The position numbers were made by a program, and so were the translations under genes. Below, in pieces: positions 1-10,486 of a stretch of 64,000 nucleotides of DNA. The stretch is taken from assembly GCA_963666425.2 (NCBI GenBank), contig OY762825.2:352001-416000 (forward strand), written 5' to 3'. Origin of the DNA: Bacillota bacterium (GTDB taxonomy: Bacteria > Bacillota > JAAYKD01). Every line of letters begins with the position of its first letter. Position 1 is the first letter of the stretch. The notes under the pieces were generated by a model. The model saw only the letters and a list, made by a program, of their open reading frames with translations, ran no database searches and was not told the DNA's origin.

Positions 1-40
1 TAAAGATTCGTGTAGCGGCTTAAGCGATTAACCTCAAATT

Positions 41-838
41 TCATCTTTCTCTCATATTTTTAATCGTCAAATAGATTTCAACCAGCACAAATACGGCAAT
101 ACAGCCCAGTGTTACCGAAATAACCATCGGGTAACGGCTTGCAAAGCCGGTTTCACCGGTATGCTTCAGCCAAATGCCAAGATAAGCCCAAATCATCACC
201 AAACCATAAGCAAAATCTTGATGCGACAGCATGGTGAAAACGCCAATCAATGTGCCGACCACGAGCATAATTGCTGTCCAAACCGCATCTGTCAGGCCAA
301 AACCATTCCAGCCCTTGCTGACCAGCAGCGTCGTCGCATTGGCAATGGTTGCCACGGTAATCCAACCAAAATAAACACTGAACGGTAATTGCACGAAAAA
401 TCGCTCTTTCGGGCTCAGCTCTCTTTGCTGAACTATGCGGTTGATGGCAATCAGGCAGACCAAAATAACCACCATCAGGACCATCGCCAGTGTGATTCGA
501 TGATAATGCCAAGTGAAAATCCAAACGGCATTCGCCAGTGATGACAAAGAAAAAATAAAGCCGATTTTACCTAAGAACTTCGCTTGTTCCCCACTTAAAT
601 TATCCTGCAGAAAGCCGAGTTGATAGAGTGTATAGGCTGCCAATAAAAGATAAATCACACCCCAAATAGCAAAGGTAATCGCAGCCGGAGCAAAAAGATT
701 CGGATAAGCATTGGAAACATCACCGGTTGTCTGGCCGTTGAATTTCATGATATTTGCTAACACATTGATCACGATCATCAATAGAAATGTCGTGCTGACC
801 AAGATACGAATGTAGCCTTTCACTTTATGTTCTTTCAT
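41..838 (-). CDS. TspO/MBR-related (tryptophan-rich sensory protein-like) membrane protein
   Basis: 265 aa, about 8 TM helices; motifs YPNLFAPAAITFAIWGVIY, NAVWIFTWHY, FSVYFGWITVATIAN; SD GAGGAG upstream. Confidence 0.7.
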   Translation of the reverse strand: MKEHKVKGYIRILVSTTFLLMIVINVLANIMKFNGQTTGDVSNAYPNLFAPAAITFAIWGVIYLLLAAYTLYQLGFLQDNLSGEQAKFLGKIGFIFSLSSLANAVWIFTWHYHRITLAMVLMVVILVCLIAINRIVQQRELSPKERFFVQLPFSVYFGWITVATIANATTLLVSKGWNGFGLTDAVWTAIMLVVGTLIGVFTMLSHQDFAYGLVMIWAYLGIWLKHTGETGFASRYPMVISVTLGCIAVFVLVEIYLTIKNMRER

Positions 839-1077
839 CTCTCATCGCTCCTCTGCTTTTGTGCCTGTAAGCTTGTCTTCTTCCTGATCCCATTCTTTTT
901 ATTAAAAATGCTTGGGTTACATATCCTATTCTCTTCCAATGCCTGTTTTCCTTCCATATTTTTCAGAAAAACTACAAACCTCTACATTGTCCTGTTAAAG
1001 GTAAGCAGCGAGCATCACTTTCTGCCGCTTTGACCGCCGACCATAAAACCATAGAAAACCAATGATAACGAGCGAAA

Positions 1078-1108
1078 ACAGACCTCCGCACCGAGGTGGG
1101 AGGTCTGT
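1078..1108 (-). terminator. Intrinsic terminator downstream of the DUF4153 gene
   Basis: 10-bp stem ACAGACCTCC/GGAGGTCTGT followed by a short T run on the minus strand. Confidence 0.6.
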
Positions 1109-1143
1109 CGAGAAAATCATCCAATCTGCCGAGAACGACGCTG

Positions 1144-2991
1144 CTAAGGTTTTTCCGATATGTAGATCGTGCCGATTTCCAACCAATAAGTCATTGTATC
1201 CGTAGTGAGATCCAGATTGATATTGATCGAGCGGAAGACCAGCAGGATGTTTAATTCCGGTGTTTCCAAGGCAAAACACATGTCCGCTATGGGAGGAAAC
1301 ACTGTATCAGCTTGACTCGGCGGATAAGCAGCCAGTAAGCGATCCAGGTATGCGTTCAGTTTATCTTCCAGAATTAAATTGTCATTCAACTTAATGTTGA
1401 AAATCGGCATGCCGGTTTTGGGTTCGAGACTCCATTGGATTAGGTAATTACCCCGATTCCCAGTGAAAACAGCTGTCGTACTGTCTTTGCCGCCTGACTG
1501 CATCAAAATCGCCCAACGATAGGTACTGACATCCAAAGCTTCATTTGACATTGCCAGCGACGTACTAAGATAAGAGGTTGGCGGAGAAGCAGGGACCCCG
1601 CTGACAAAGGCAGGTTCAAAGCCAAACTTCTTTTTAAAAACGCTGCTGTCGCTGAGATTCGCTGCAAACCATACCGGCAGTTTATCACTATTGGCATAAA
1701 CAAGGAAATTAACCGCATCAGTAATTGCTTGGCGTACTTTCACTTCCGGTAGACTGACGGCCGCCACTAATTCCCCGTTTTGTAATAAATCCTCCTGTAG
1801 CAAAAGTTTTTCCAAACGGCTGACTTGCATACTAACCGGTAAGTCAAGATAACCTACCATCGGCAGGACGGAAAATACAGCGAGAGCGCAAAGCAGTAGG
1901 GCAATGAAATTGTGCGAAATTTCCTTTTTCCAGAGCAGTAAGACAGCAGCGACAACTGAAAAAATCCAGATGACGGCGAAGCTATATTCTGCTAATTTTA
2001 AACCGCTTTCATTCAAACGCAGGACCAAGGCCCAGAGTTCAAAAATCAAAATGATCAGAGCAGCAAGCGGATAGAATTTACGGTAAAATTTCGCTATGGC
2101 GGACTGCTGTCGAGTCACCATAATATGCAGCCAAATACCGAATACGGCATAACTGGTGGCAATCCCGGAAAGCATAAGAAAAGAAGGCCACTCTCTGGTA
2201 AAAATGATCTGCCCGATCCAGGCAAACAACACCGCAGTCAAAGCCAGTACGATCGGGATCATAATACCCCCGAAGAGCACTTCGATGAAACGAGGTTGTT
2301 TTTCTGCGATAGCCAGATGTTCATCCTGCTGACCTTTGCGGAAGTCCGGGAAATAACCGGTGAAAATGGTAAAGGTCAAAAATCCTGCCAGCGTCAGAAT
2401 ATACTGATAAACTTTACCGCTCATTTCCTGATACAAAAGCGCCTGAAAAGCGCGGACGACACCGGAAGCACCGGCCAGAATCACAAGACCATATAATAAA
2501 GCAATAAAGAAAGCTTTTTCCGCCATGAAAAAAGAGCGGTCAAAACCGGATTTTTCCGACGGCAAGCCAGTTACGATGATAAAACCAACGAGACTGAGCA
2601 AGATTCCTACTGAGACACGGGCGGCAGCCAGTGCTGTGACCGTGCCATAGCGTGTGCCGGCAACTTCCGCGCCAAAAAAATAAAGGATGAGAAAGGTAAA
2701 CAGTGTGACGGCAGCGCCGGCCAAATTTGCAATCAGGAATGCTTTTCCGGTATTGAAACGGCTTTGCGCCGTGGTGATCGCCGCCAAACTGAAAACAGCA
2801 CCGAATGCCAACGCCCAGTGCAGGCAATTAAACAGCAAGTTATACGCTTCCTGCGCAGGCCAGTCCAGTTGAATGCGGATCATGGTAACCAAGGCAAATC
2901 CCAGTGCGGCCGTATTGGCAGCCGGGAACGTTTTGAAAGCTCTCAGGGCGTTGCGGAAGACTTGACTGACTGATTTTATGAAAGTATTCAT
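1144..2991 (-). CDS. DUF4153-type polytopic membrane protein
   Basis: 615 aa, about 11 N-terminal TM helices plus a soluble C-terminal domain; motifs RLNESGL, SMQVSRLEKLL; SD AGGAGG. Confidence 0.65.
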   Translation of the reverse strand: MNTFIKSVSQVFRNALRAFKTFPAANTAALGFALVTMIRIQLDWPAQEAYNLLFNCLHWALAFGAVFSLAAITTAQSRFNTGKAFLIANLAGAAVTLFTFLILYFFGAEVAGTRYGTVTALAAARVSVGILLSLVGFIIVTGLPSEKSGFDRSFFMAEKAFFIALLYGLVILAGASGVVRAFQALLYQEMSGKVYQYILTLAGFLTFTIFTGYFPDFRKGQQDEHLAIAEKQPRFIEVLFGGIMIPIVLALTAVLFAWIGQIIFTREWPSFLMLSGIATSYAVFGIWLHIMVTRQQSAIAKFYRKFYPLAALIILIFELWALVLRLNESGLKLAEYSFAVIWIFSVVAAVLLLWKKEISHNFIALLLCALAVFSVLPMVGYLDLPVSMQVSRLEKLLLQEDLLQNGELVAAVSLPEVKVRQAITDAVNFLVYANSDKLPVWFAANLSDSSVFKKKFGFEPAFVSGVPASPPTSYLSTSLAMSNEALDVSTYRWAILMQSGGKDSTTAVFTGNRGNYLIQWSLEPKTGMPIFNIKLNDNLILEDKLNAYLDRLLAAYPPSQADTVFPPIADMCFALETPELNILLVFRSININLDLTTDTMTYWLEIGTIYISEKP

Positions 2992-3093
2992 CGCTTACCT
3001 CCTTTTAAGATTTGAATTCCTAGAAAATTGATGATTTTAAGACTTCTTGACGTGCTTCTTAATTTGATGATCGGCAGAGAATCAGCAATCGGT

Positions 3094-3459
3094 TTAGCGT
3101 GTTCCTGCTGCCCGCAGCATCAGATTATATTCTACGATGTCACAAATTAAAATTTTGTCCAACTCTTTGCTGTTCGGAATTTGGATGGCACCTTTTGAGG
3201 TTTTATACTCTGCCAGACGGTCGGCAAACTGAATAATCGCTTCCGCTCCGGGATAAAGGCCAATATGTTTTTTTTGTGCGGCGAAATGAATAATATTGCC
3301 GAGATAATAAAATGTTGGCATGCGCCAACTCATTTTTTCAGTTAAAAGTGGGGAGCAGCTGGCAATGATTTGCCGCAAAGCCTGCAGTTTTGGTTGGATG
3401 CCCTCCGGACAGCTGCCGATGTATTCGTCAATCGTGTTTGGTTGTGTTTGTGACGGCAT
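3094..3459 (-). CDS. DUF1801/YdhG-like iron chaperone family protein
   Basis: TIDEYI...LRQII...EKMSWRMPTF...FAAQKKHIGLYP...YKTSKGAIQIP pattern. Confidence 0.8.
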   Translation of the reverse strand: MPSQTQPNTIDEYIGSCPEGIQPKLQALRQIIASCSPLLTEKMSWRMPTFYYLGNIIHFAAQKKHIGLYPGAEAIIQFADRLAEYKTSKGAIQIPNSKELDKILICDIVEYNLMLRAAGTR

Positions 3460-3539
3460 GGTTCGTCTCCTTTTCGTATACCTAACGGGAAAAGCGCTCA
3501 GCTTCTGTATTGGTGAAAGAGTATGCGCTTGCTCTGACG

Positions 3540-3929
3540 CTACCTCTGATTGAATGCATTTTCGATTGCTTTCAAATAAGCTTTTGAAGTGACCGTTGCA
3601 CCTGCAATGGCATCGAATTGGATTTTTTGCTCATCTATCACTTTAGCAAAAACAGCTTCTGTGACAGCGGCACTTGCAAAAGTAACATCTTTCACTACTT
3701 CGATTTTTGTGATTTTATGGTCTTTGACTGTAATATTGAGTTGATTAGAGAATCTGCCGGCATCATATTTGCCGTTATAAACACCATCCTGCACAGCGGA
3801 TAAGTCAATACCATTAATCACCAGATTGCTGCCTTCCTTTAAGCCCTGTGCCATCACCATACTCATCACAATAGAAAAAAGCACAAATACTGCCACGATC
3901 ACAAGTAAAATTTTCAAGAATTTCTTCAT
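3540..3929 (-). CDS. Membrane-anchored FMN-binding domain protein
   Basis: N-terminal TM/signal; DGVYNGKY and DAIAGATVTS flavinylation-type motif. Confidence 0.8.
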   Translation of the reverse strand: MKKFLKILLVIVAVFVLFSIVMSMVMAQGLKEGSNLVINGIDLSAVQDGVYNGKYDAGRFSNQLNITVKDHKITKIEVVKDVTFASAAVTEAVFAKVIDEQKIQFDAIAGATVTSKAYLKAIENAFNQR

Positions 3930-4219
3930 TTTGTTTCTTTTTTCCTCTTTCCTTTCTACCTATTGTTTTTATCGAAATAAGCAATCGGATTCGATTCGGA
4001 AAATATCTCCTTACTAATTAATTCTGCATTTCTTCTGAAAATCCTCCCAAGTGAAGACTTTACTTTACTATTAACAGATGAAATGGAAAGTTCTTTGGCA
4101 GATATCAGAGCAATTCTCTTGACTTCAAGCTAAAAAAAGCTATAATCAACCTAAATCGCAGCGCTTTCTGAGCTGTTTCTGAGTTGGACACAAATCTGAT
4201 TTTTCAAAGGAGATCATTG

Positions 4220-4867
4220 ATGAAAAATTACCCCGTTCGTCTGCTGCGCCTGGCTTTTGGTTTATTTCTTTACGCGCTCGGTATCGTAGTTACTATGAAG
4301 GGCAACATTGGTTATGCGCCTTGGGATGCTTTTCACGCTGGAATCGCCAAAACAACCGGCATCAGCATCGGCACCGCTTCGATTTTAGTAGGTATACTGG
4401 TCGGCGTTCTATCTGCTCTGCTGGGAGAGAAATTAGGACTAGGTACGCTCTGTAATATGGTATTAATCGGTTTTATGATGGATCTCTTGCTGGATTGGAA
4501 CCTGATACCGCTGGCCGCCAGCTTCTTCCCCGGACTTTTAATGATGATCACCGGTTTATTTATCATTGCTTTAGCTACCTATTTTTATATCGGTTCCGGA
4601 TTTGGCGCCGGTCCCAGAGACAGTTTGATGGTTGCGCTGACACGAAAAACCCATCTGCCGGTTGGGATTTGCCGAGCCTGCATCGAATTGCTTGTCATTT
4701 TGATTGGGTGGCAATTGGGCGGCATGATCGGAATCGGCACGGTCATTTCCGCTCTCGCTGCCGGGTTTTGCGTCCAAATCACCTTCCATCTGCTCCGATT
4801 TGATGTCGTATCAGTAAAACATGAAACCCTTACGCATACTTTTGCTGCACTGTTTGGCGGCAAGTAA
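4220..4867 (+). CDS. YczE/YyaS/YitT family membrane protein
   Basis: GYAPWDAFHAG, GAGPRDSLM and IGIGTV motifs; ATG at 4220 after SD AGGAG (ORF track starts at 4184). Confidence 0.85.
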   Translation: MKNYPVRLLRLAFGLFLYALGIVVTMKGNIGYAPWDAFHAGIAKTTGISIGTASILVGILVGVLSALLGEKLGLGTLCNMVLIGFMMDLLLDWNLIPLAASFFPGLLMMITGLFIIALATYFYIGSGFGAGPRDSLMVALTRKTHLPVGICRACIELLVILIGWQLGGMIGIGTVISALAAGFCVQITFHLLRFDVVSVKHETLTHTFAALFGGK

Positions 4868-5002
4868 AAATTAACCGAACAAGCACTCGCTCGAATGAGG
4901 AATTCGAAAAAATAAGACTGGCTGTCTTGCCGATATGAATCCATCGGTCAGACAGCCAGTTGTGTTTTTTGGCGATAATTCCAAGCGTCCACCGGATTTC
5001 TC

Positions 5003-5938
5003 CTACGGCAGCTTCGTTAAAACTCGTTCCAGGAAATCCAATTTCTTTTTGCCGTATTGTTCTCTGGCAATCCAGGAGGCGCTGCCATGCCCGGCAGCAT
5101 CCACTGCCCAGAATTCTTTTGGCGCACTGCAGTTGCCATAAAGCTTCTGCGCCAGGACCATCGGTACGAAATTATCCGCGCTGCCATGGATAAAAAAGGT
5201 GGGTGTCTTCGATTTTGCCACTTGTTCAAACGGAGTATCCTGCGTGAACGAATAATGGCAAAGTAGCTGACACCATTTTTCCAGCAGCCAAAGATGCATT
5301 ACCTTGATGTAACCTTGTTTGAATTTCAGCATTTCCGGTAATAATTCCTGAACCGAAGGATAGGCACTATCACTGATTATGGCTTTCACTTCTGTTGGGA
5401 AATCGGCATCCCCGCTTAAGGCAAGCGCAGTGGCAGCTCCCATGGAAAGTCCGTCCAAGACAAAGACATTTTTACTGGGGTCTTTGCTCAAGAGAAAACG
5501 GATCCAGCTGAGAATGTCTTTTCTATCGACACAGCCCATGCCGATGTATTTACCTTGGCTTTGACCATGAGAACGCAGATCCGGCAGGAAAACCGAATAA
5601 CCGCTGCGATAGTAAGTCAAAGCATCCTTCATCATTGCCTGTGCTTCATCTCGCCAACCGTGCAGCAGGATAATTGTCACCGGTTTGGAGGCAGCGAGGT
5701 AATAGCCATGCAATTGAAAACCATCGTTCCTAATCTCCAATTCTTCCGGTTTCTCCTGCATAAAATCATTGATGCCATCTACATAATATTGCGCTATCGC
5801 TTTCGCTTGTTCCGACGTTTTTTCCAAGCTGATATGTTTATGCGGATTGAGAAAGACGGAAGCAAAAATCCGAGATGAAAAATAGATCATTAAAAAAGTC
5901 GCTGCCACTAAAATAAAGATAAAAAAATACCACAACAT
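5003..5938 (-). CDS. Alpha/beta hydrolase with an N-terminal membrane anchor
   Basis: LLHGW, DLRSHGQS, nucleophile elbow GLSMG, HGSADNFVP, AGHG; ATG at 5938 after GAGGAGG. Confidence 0.85.
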   Translation of the reverse strand: MLWYFFIFILVAATFLMIYFSSRIFASVFLNPHKHISLEKTSEQAKAIAQYYVDGINDFMQEKPEELEIRNDGFQLHGYYLAASKPVTIILLHGWRDEAQAMMKDALTYYRSGYSVFLPDLRSHGQSQGKYIGMGCVDRKDILSWIRFLLSKDPSKNVFVLDGLSMGAATALALSGDADFPTEVKAIISDSAYPSVQELLPEMLKFKQGYIKVMHLWLLEKWCQLLCHYSFTQDTPFEQVAKSKTPTFFIHGSADNFVPMVLAQKLYGNCSAPKEFWAVDAAGHGSASWIAREQYGKKKLDFLERVLTKLP

Positions 5939-6021
5939 AGAATAGTCCTCCTCGATCATATGGCTTTTCTTAAAAAATGAGCTCGCTTGAATTTCAAAAC
6001 TGCGGCCACCCTGTTCACTCT

Positions 6022-6699
6022 TTACTTATCTTTATATTCTGCATTGATATGCGATGCATCGCAGAATGGGCTGATGCTCGATTCACCGCAGCGGCATAAG
6101 GCGACCCGATTGCGCACTTCGTATGGCACTCCATTTGCTGATTCGATTGGGATGCGGCCTACGACCGCAATAGGACCGCTGACTTTCTTCTGCGGATCCT
6201 GCAAAATAAAAATGGCAGGAGCGTACTCTTTTTCGATTTGATTGCCCTCCTTGTCAAATGCTACCAATCTGCCGGATGGGCATTCAGAAGCGGCAATCAT
6301 CGCTTCTTTTTTCAAAGCGGGATCGTCGGAATTAGCGATCAATTCCCAGACACTGCCCGTATTACGGTGACAAAACCGCGCAAAGGCACAGCGTCCGTCG
6401 TCCAACAAGTCCAGTTCCGGACCTTGCTGTACATCTACCAAACGGTCCAGGTAATTTGCTTTGGAAGCTGTTTCTTCGCCATCAAAATGCGTATGCAGAT
6501 GGGATCCGTCACAAAAAGGAGGCGTCTTGGTCTTGCCGCAGCGACACAAGGCATAACTTTCAGCCTGAGGCAGCGGCTGGCCTTCTTTCAGTTCATACTG
6601 CCTGCCATTAGGGGTAATGATCTTTTCCGAGATTGCTACGTTGCCTGTAACCTGATAGGGACCGTTTCTGACAATCACAATTTTCGCTTGGTTCGCCAT
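6022..6699 (-). CDS. CDGSH iron-sulfur protein (CDGSH - divergent ferredoxin-like - CDGSH)
   Basis: LCRCGKTKTPPFCDGSH and LCRCGESSISPFCDASH flank a central CAFARFC...CPSGRL. Confidence 0.9.
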   Translation of the reverse strand: MANQAKIVIVRNGPYQVTGNVAISEKIITPNGRQYELKEGQPLPQAESYALCRCGKTKTPPFCDGSHLHTHFDGEETASKANYLDRLVDVQQGPELDLLDDGRCAFARFCHRNTGSVWELIANSDDPALKKEAMIAASECPSGRLVAFDKEGNQIEKEYAPAIFILQDPQKKVSGPIAVVGRIPIESANGVPYEVRNRVALCRCGESSISPFCDASHINAEYKDK

Positions 6700-6733
6700 A
6701 ATGACCACCTTCTCTATTCTAATTTAAAAATTC

Positions 6734-7675
6734 TCAGCGGAATAAGTACTGTTTATTGATCTCGGCGCTTGCTGAATTTTTCGCAGCTGCAATAAACTGT
6801 TGTTGGGAAGCAGACGCTGCCGCTGCAAAATCTTCGTCATCCGCAAAAAAGAACATGTCATTTTGCAGATAATCGTAAAAGAAAAAATAAAGTTTTGCAT
6901 CGACAGACGGCTGTATCGCCGCTTTCAGCGCTGCATCACCAACGGTGCAAATGGGACCAATCGGCAAGCCACTGATCTGATAGGTATTGTAAGCACTGAT
7001 CACCCCAAGATCATCGTTGGTTAAATAGAAGCGCTGGAAGCCAAGCGCATACTCGACGGTAACACAGCTTTGCAGCTGAGCCGCATCCGCCAGACGATTT
7101 TGCATCACCGCGGCCACTTCTGCTTGATACCGACCTGCCAGACATTCAGCCTCCACAATGGAAGCGAGAATCAGCTGTTCACTAGGAGTAAGGCGATTCA
7201 AAACAGGTTGGTCTACCTGCAATCTTTGCATTCGCGCTTCTGAAGCAGTGATCCATTGCGTGATCAACTGCTGCAATAAGCTGCCGCTCGTCACTTCATA
7301 TTCACCCGGCAGGATCATCCCTTCCATGCGGCGAAAATCGTTCAATTCCGGATTGATCAGATCGGAATCGGCGCCGGTCAGCGTTATTTTGATCTCTTCC
7401 GGTGTTAAGGAGAAAACCTGACTGAGCTGCGGAATGATATCCCTCGTCAGCAGATCTCCGGCTTTGATCCGAATGGTTCCGAGCAGAGCATCCTGCGGTT
7501 GGACAGTGAGAGGTTCACGACTTCGTTGAGGCAGTTGACAGCTGCAAAGCGAAAGCAGCAACCCGCATAACAGCAGCAGCAAGATCAATCTGCCTCCGGG
7601 TCGGAGCTCCAGTTGATGATCCTCTTGCTTGTCTTGCCTTCTGCATGTTTTGCTTTTTTCTCTCAACATTCTCAT
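6734..7675 (-). CDS. mltG: MltG/YceG family endolytic transglycosylase (start uncertain)
   Basis: EGMILPGEY, LASIVEAE (catalytic Glu), NRL...LQSCVTVEY, YNTY...GLPIGPI. Confidence 0.75.
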   Translation of the reverse strand: MRMLREKSKTCRRQDKQEDHQLELRPGGRLILLLLLCGLLLSLCSCQLPQRSREPLTVQPQDALLGTIRIKAGDLLTRDIIPQLSQVFSLTPEEIKITLTGADSDLINPELNDFRRMEGMILPGEYEVTSGSLLQQLITQWITASEARMQRLQVDQPVLNRLTPSEQLILASIVEAECLAGRYQAEVAAVMQNRLADAAQLQSCVTVEYALGFQRFYLTNDDLGVISAYNTYQISGLPIGPICTVGDAALKAAIQPSVDAKLYFFFYDYLQNDMFFFADDEDFAAAASASQQQFIAAAKNSASAEINKQYLFR

Positions 7676-8077
7676 CTCATTCCGGTTGCTTTTGAATAAT
7701 AGATTGTTTGTTTAATTCCATTGAGAGACTTTGCTTCCCTTTATTCTTGCAGATGATTTTTTCTGTCGTCATGCAAAATAAATCATATACGGTTTTGTTT
7801 TGAGCTCGCAATATCAGAAAATGAAGTGGAGCCGGATCTTGGTCTAGATGAAACAAAGCAATCCCAAAAGCGAGAAACTACTATTTCTGCGCTCCACCGT
7901 CCTCTGCAAATTATGCAAATTCCAGACCGGGTCAGTTTTTCTGCGATAAATGAAATATTTCTCGGGAAAAACTCAAAATTGGGAAATTTTGCATTGAATT
8001 TTCCGGAAAATCATCTTATAATAAACAGGTTTAGTTCGGAGTAACTAAAAAAACCAAACACAGATAGGAGTAAGAAA

Positions 8078-9484
8078 ATGAGACAAAAACCAGTAGTCCT
8101 CGGTTACTTACCTGATGAGCGGCCAACCCCACTGAAACTGATGCTGTATGCGTTGCAGCAGGTAATCGTGATGTTTCCGGCTACCATCGCAGTCGCATTG
8201 ATCACAGGCTTCCAAGTTTCCACCACGATCTTTGCCAGCGGCCTGGCCACACTCTGCTTTATTATGATTACCGGCAGAAAAATCCCTCTTTATTACGGCT
8301 CCAGTTTTGCTTATCTTACCGCAATTGCCAGTATGGTCGCTTCCGAGGGCAGTGCAGCGCAGATCGCCTCGTTTCAGGCAACCGGAATTCTTCCGGCAGA
8401 ACTGATTTCCTATGCTCAGTTTGGTATCATCCTTTCCGGTTTGGTTTCTATCGCTGCCGGTTTTTTGGTTCGGTTTTCCGGACGCGATGCTGTTGAAAAA
8501 GTCTTGCCTCCTTGCGTGACCGGATCTGTCGCCATGATCATCGGTTTGACCCTTGCCGGTAACGCGCTGGCCGATGCCGCTCCCAAGGCTGCTGCTGTCG
8601 GTGCTGCCGGAACCAGTTGGGTCTGGGTTGTCTCTCTCGTAACGCTCTTATCTACCATTTTATTCTCCAGATATCTCAAAGGTTTTTTGTCTCAATTGCC
8701 TCTCCTGCTTGGAGCCTTGGTCGGCTGTGCGACCGCTGCTCTCCTTGTAGCTGTCGGCGGTGCCGATCTCAACTTATTCCGTGTCATGCCAGCAGCTGCA
8801 CTCAATAGCTCTCTCTGGTCCTGGGGACCGCTGGCGGTGCCTGCCTTCACTTTACCTAAAGTTTCTCTGGCCGCAGTCATCGCAATCATGCCGATTGCCA
8901 TTGCAACAATTCCGGAATCGACCGCACATATCTATCAGCTCGATATTTATGTCAATAATCTTGCCGCAAAAAAAGGAAAAAGCAGATATAATATTGCCGA
9001 TTTACTCGACCGCAATTTAATTGGCGATGGTCTCTGCGACATGGTTTCCGGTCTCGTCGGCGGTCCGGCTGGTACGAATTATGGTGAAAATATCAGTACG
9101 ATGGCGATCACCAATGTTTTCTCTATTCCCGTACTGATTGCCGCTGCTGTGATCGCTATGGTTATTTCCTTCTTTACCCCCTTGATGCAAGCGATCTACG
9201 GTATTCCGTTGGCAGTCATTGGCGGCTTGGAAATTTACCTTTTTGGCGCCATTGCAGCGCAAGGAATTGCCATCATGATCGACAAAAAAGTCGACATGTT
9301 CGACTCCAAAAACATTGCCGTCATTGCTTCCATCATGGTCATTGGCGTAGGTGGACAGTATGCCTTCGGTGGTAACATTGCTTTCTTCGGTATGAACATC
9401 CCCTGCATTGCCGGAGCAGCAATTTTTGGTATTCTGCTCAACTTATTGCTCAGCTTCGGTAAAAAAGAAGATACCGTGCAGTAG
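8078..9484 (+). CDS. NCS2 family nucleobase (uracil/xanthine) permease
   Basis: ALQQVIVMF, YYGSSFAY, TNYGENI signature; SD AGGAG; TATAAT at 8018-8023. Confidence 0.9.
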   Translation: MRQKPVVLGYLPDERPTPLKLMLYALQQVIVMFPATIAVALITGFQVSTTIFASGLATLCFIMITGRKIPLYYGSSFAYLTAIASMVASEGSAAQIASFQATGILPAELISYAQFGIILSGLVSIAAGFLVRFSGRDAVEKVLPPCVTGSVAMIIGLTLAGNALADAAPKAAAVGAAGTSWVWVVSLVTLLSTILFSRYLKGFLSQLPLLLGALVGCATAALLVAVGGADLNLFRVMPAAALNSSLWSWGPLAVPAFTLPKVSLAAVIAIMPIAIATIPESTAHIYQLDIYVNNLAAKKGKSRYNIADLLDRNLIGDGLCDMVSGLVGGPAGTNYGENISTMAITNVFSIPVLIAAAVIAMVISFFTPLMQAIYGIPLAVIGGLEIYLFGAIAAQGIAIMIDKKVDMFDSKNIAVIASIMVIGVGGQYAFGGNIAFFGMNIPCIAGAAIFGILLNLLLSFGKKEDTVQ

Positions 9485-9689
9485 AAAAAGCTTCTGCAAT
9501 ACAAAATCCGTTCCTTCCTGCCAAAACATCTTTGCATTTCGCAATTGGTGTTTTATAGCCGGAGGGAACGGATTTATTTTTTCTGCAATTCACGATAAAC
9601 AGAGAAGAGCTCCCCTGCTGTCCTTTTAAAAAAAAGCAATTACGCTATAAAAAACACAGCGCTGGAATTCTGCCAACCAGCCGTTTTTT

Positions 9690-10328
9690 CTAGACCGAGA
9701 AAAATTTCTTCACTGCTTGCGGTAATTGCGACAGCTGAGCAATACTTGCTTGTTCACTGTCCAACCGGCCATAACCGTAAGCAGCATGAATAAAGGGAAT
9801 TGCCGCTAAACGAGCCGCTGAAAGATCCCCTTCTGTATCACCGACATAGACAGCACGATCAAGTTGATTTCTGGCCATGATCAGCTTGATATTCTCCCCC
9901 TTGGGCAAGCCGGTTCGTCCGGGACACTCATGATCGGTAAAATACTCCGCCAACTTATGAAATTCCAAAAAAGACTCAATATAACCGTCCTGACAATTAC
10001 TGACAATAAAAAGCAGATAGTCTTTTTTTAAATGGGCGAGCGTCTCTGCCAGCTGAGGATAGAGCACTCCGCCATGTTCACGCAAATAAAGCTGTTCTTC
10101 CACGGCACATTCATTCATGATTGCTACGCTTTGCACGAGCGGTAGTTCCGGCAGCATCCTCTGCGCAATATCCGCAATGGTTTTACCCATATAACTCTGC
10201 ATATCCGCTATGGTAATCTGACGATTCGTCTCAGGATGCCGTTGCAGCACTCGGTTCCAAGCCGGTACTACTTGATGGGAAGCATCCCATAAGGTACCAT
10301 CCAAATCGAAAATAATCGCGTTTTTCAT
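9690..10328 (-). CDS. HAD family hydrolase (phosphoglycolate phosphatase-like)
   Basis: FDLDGTL, VSN, K and YVGDTEGD motifs. Confidence 0.9.
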   Translation of the reverse strand: MKNAIIFDLDGTLWDASHQVVPAWNRVLQRHPETNRQITIADMQSYMGKTIADIAQRMLPELPLVQSVAIMNECAVEEQLYLREHGGVLYPQLAETLAHLKKDYLLFIVSNCQDGYIESFLEFHKLAEYFTDHECPGRTGLPKGENIKLIMARNQLDRAVYVGDTEGDLSAARLAAIPFIHAAYGYGRLDSEQASIAQLSQLPQAVKKFFSV

Positions 10329-10424
10329 TCCTACCTCATCTCATCCCGTTCGTATTCCAGTCAATCAAAAGGTTGATAATCTAATAAATTCCTTCTGGTG
10401 AGTGGCTTTTCCTGCTATCAGCTC

Positions 10425-10460
10425 AAAATCCCTCCACTGATGGCTCAGCAGAGGGATTTT
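10425..10460. terminator. Intrinsic terminator after the serine hydrolase gene
   Basis: AAAATCCCTC/GAGGGATTTT inverted repeat. Confidence 0.6.
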
Positions 10461-10486
10461 TTAAACCGCAGCAACAGAACAAATGT

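Noticed and set aside
7980-8077. PyrR attenuator or purine riboswitch before the NCS2 permease
   Set aside because: The leader is only about 50 nt after TATAAT, with no consensus or terminator
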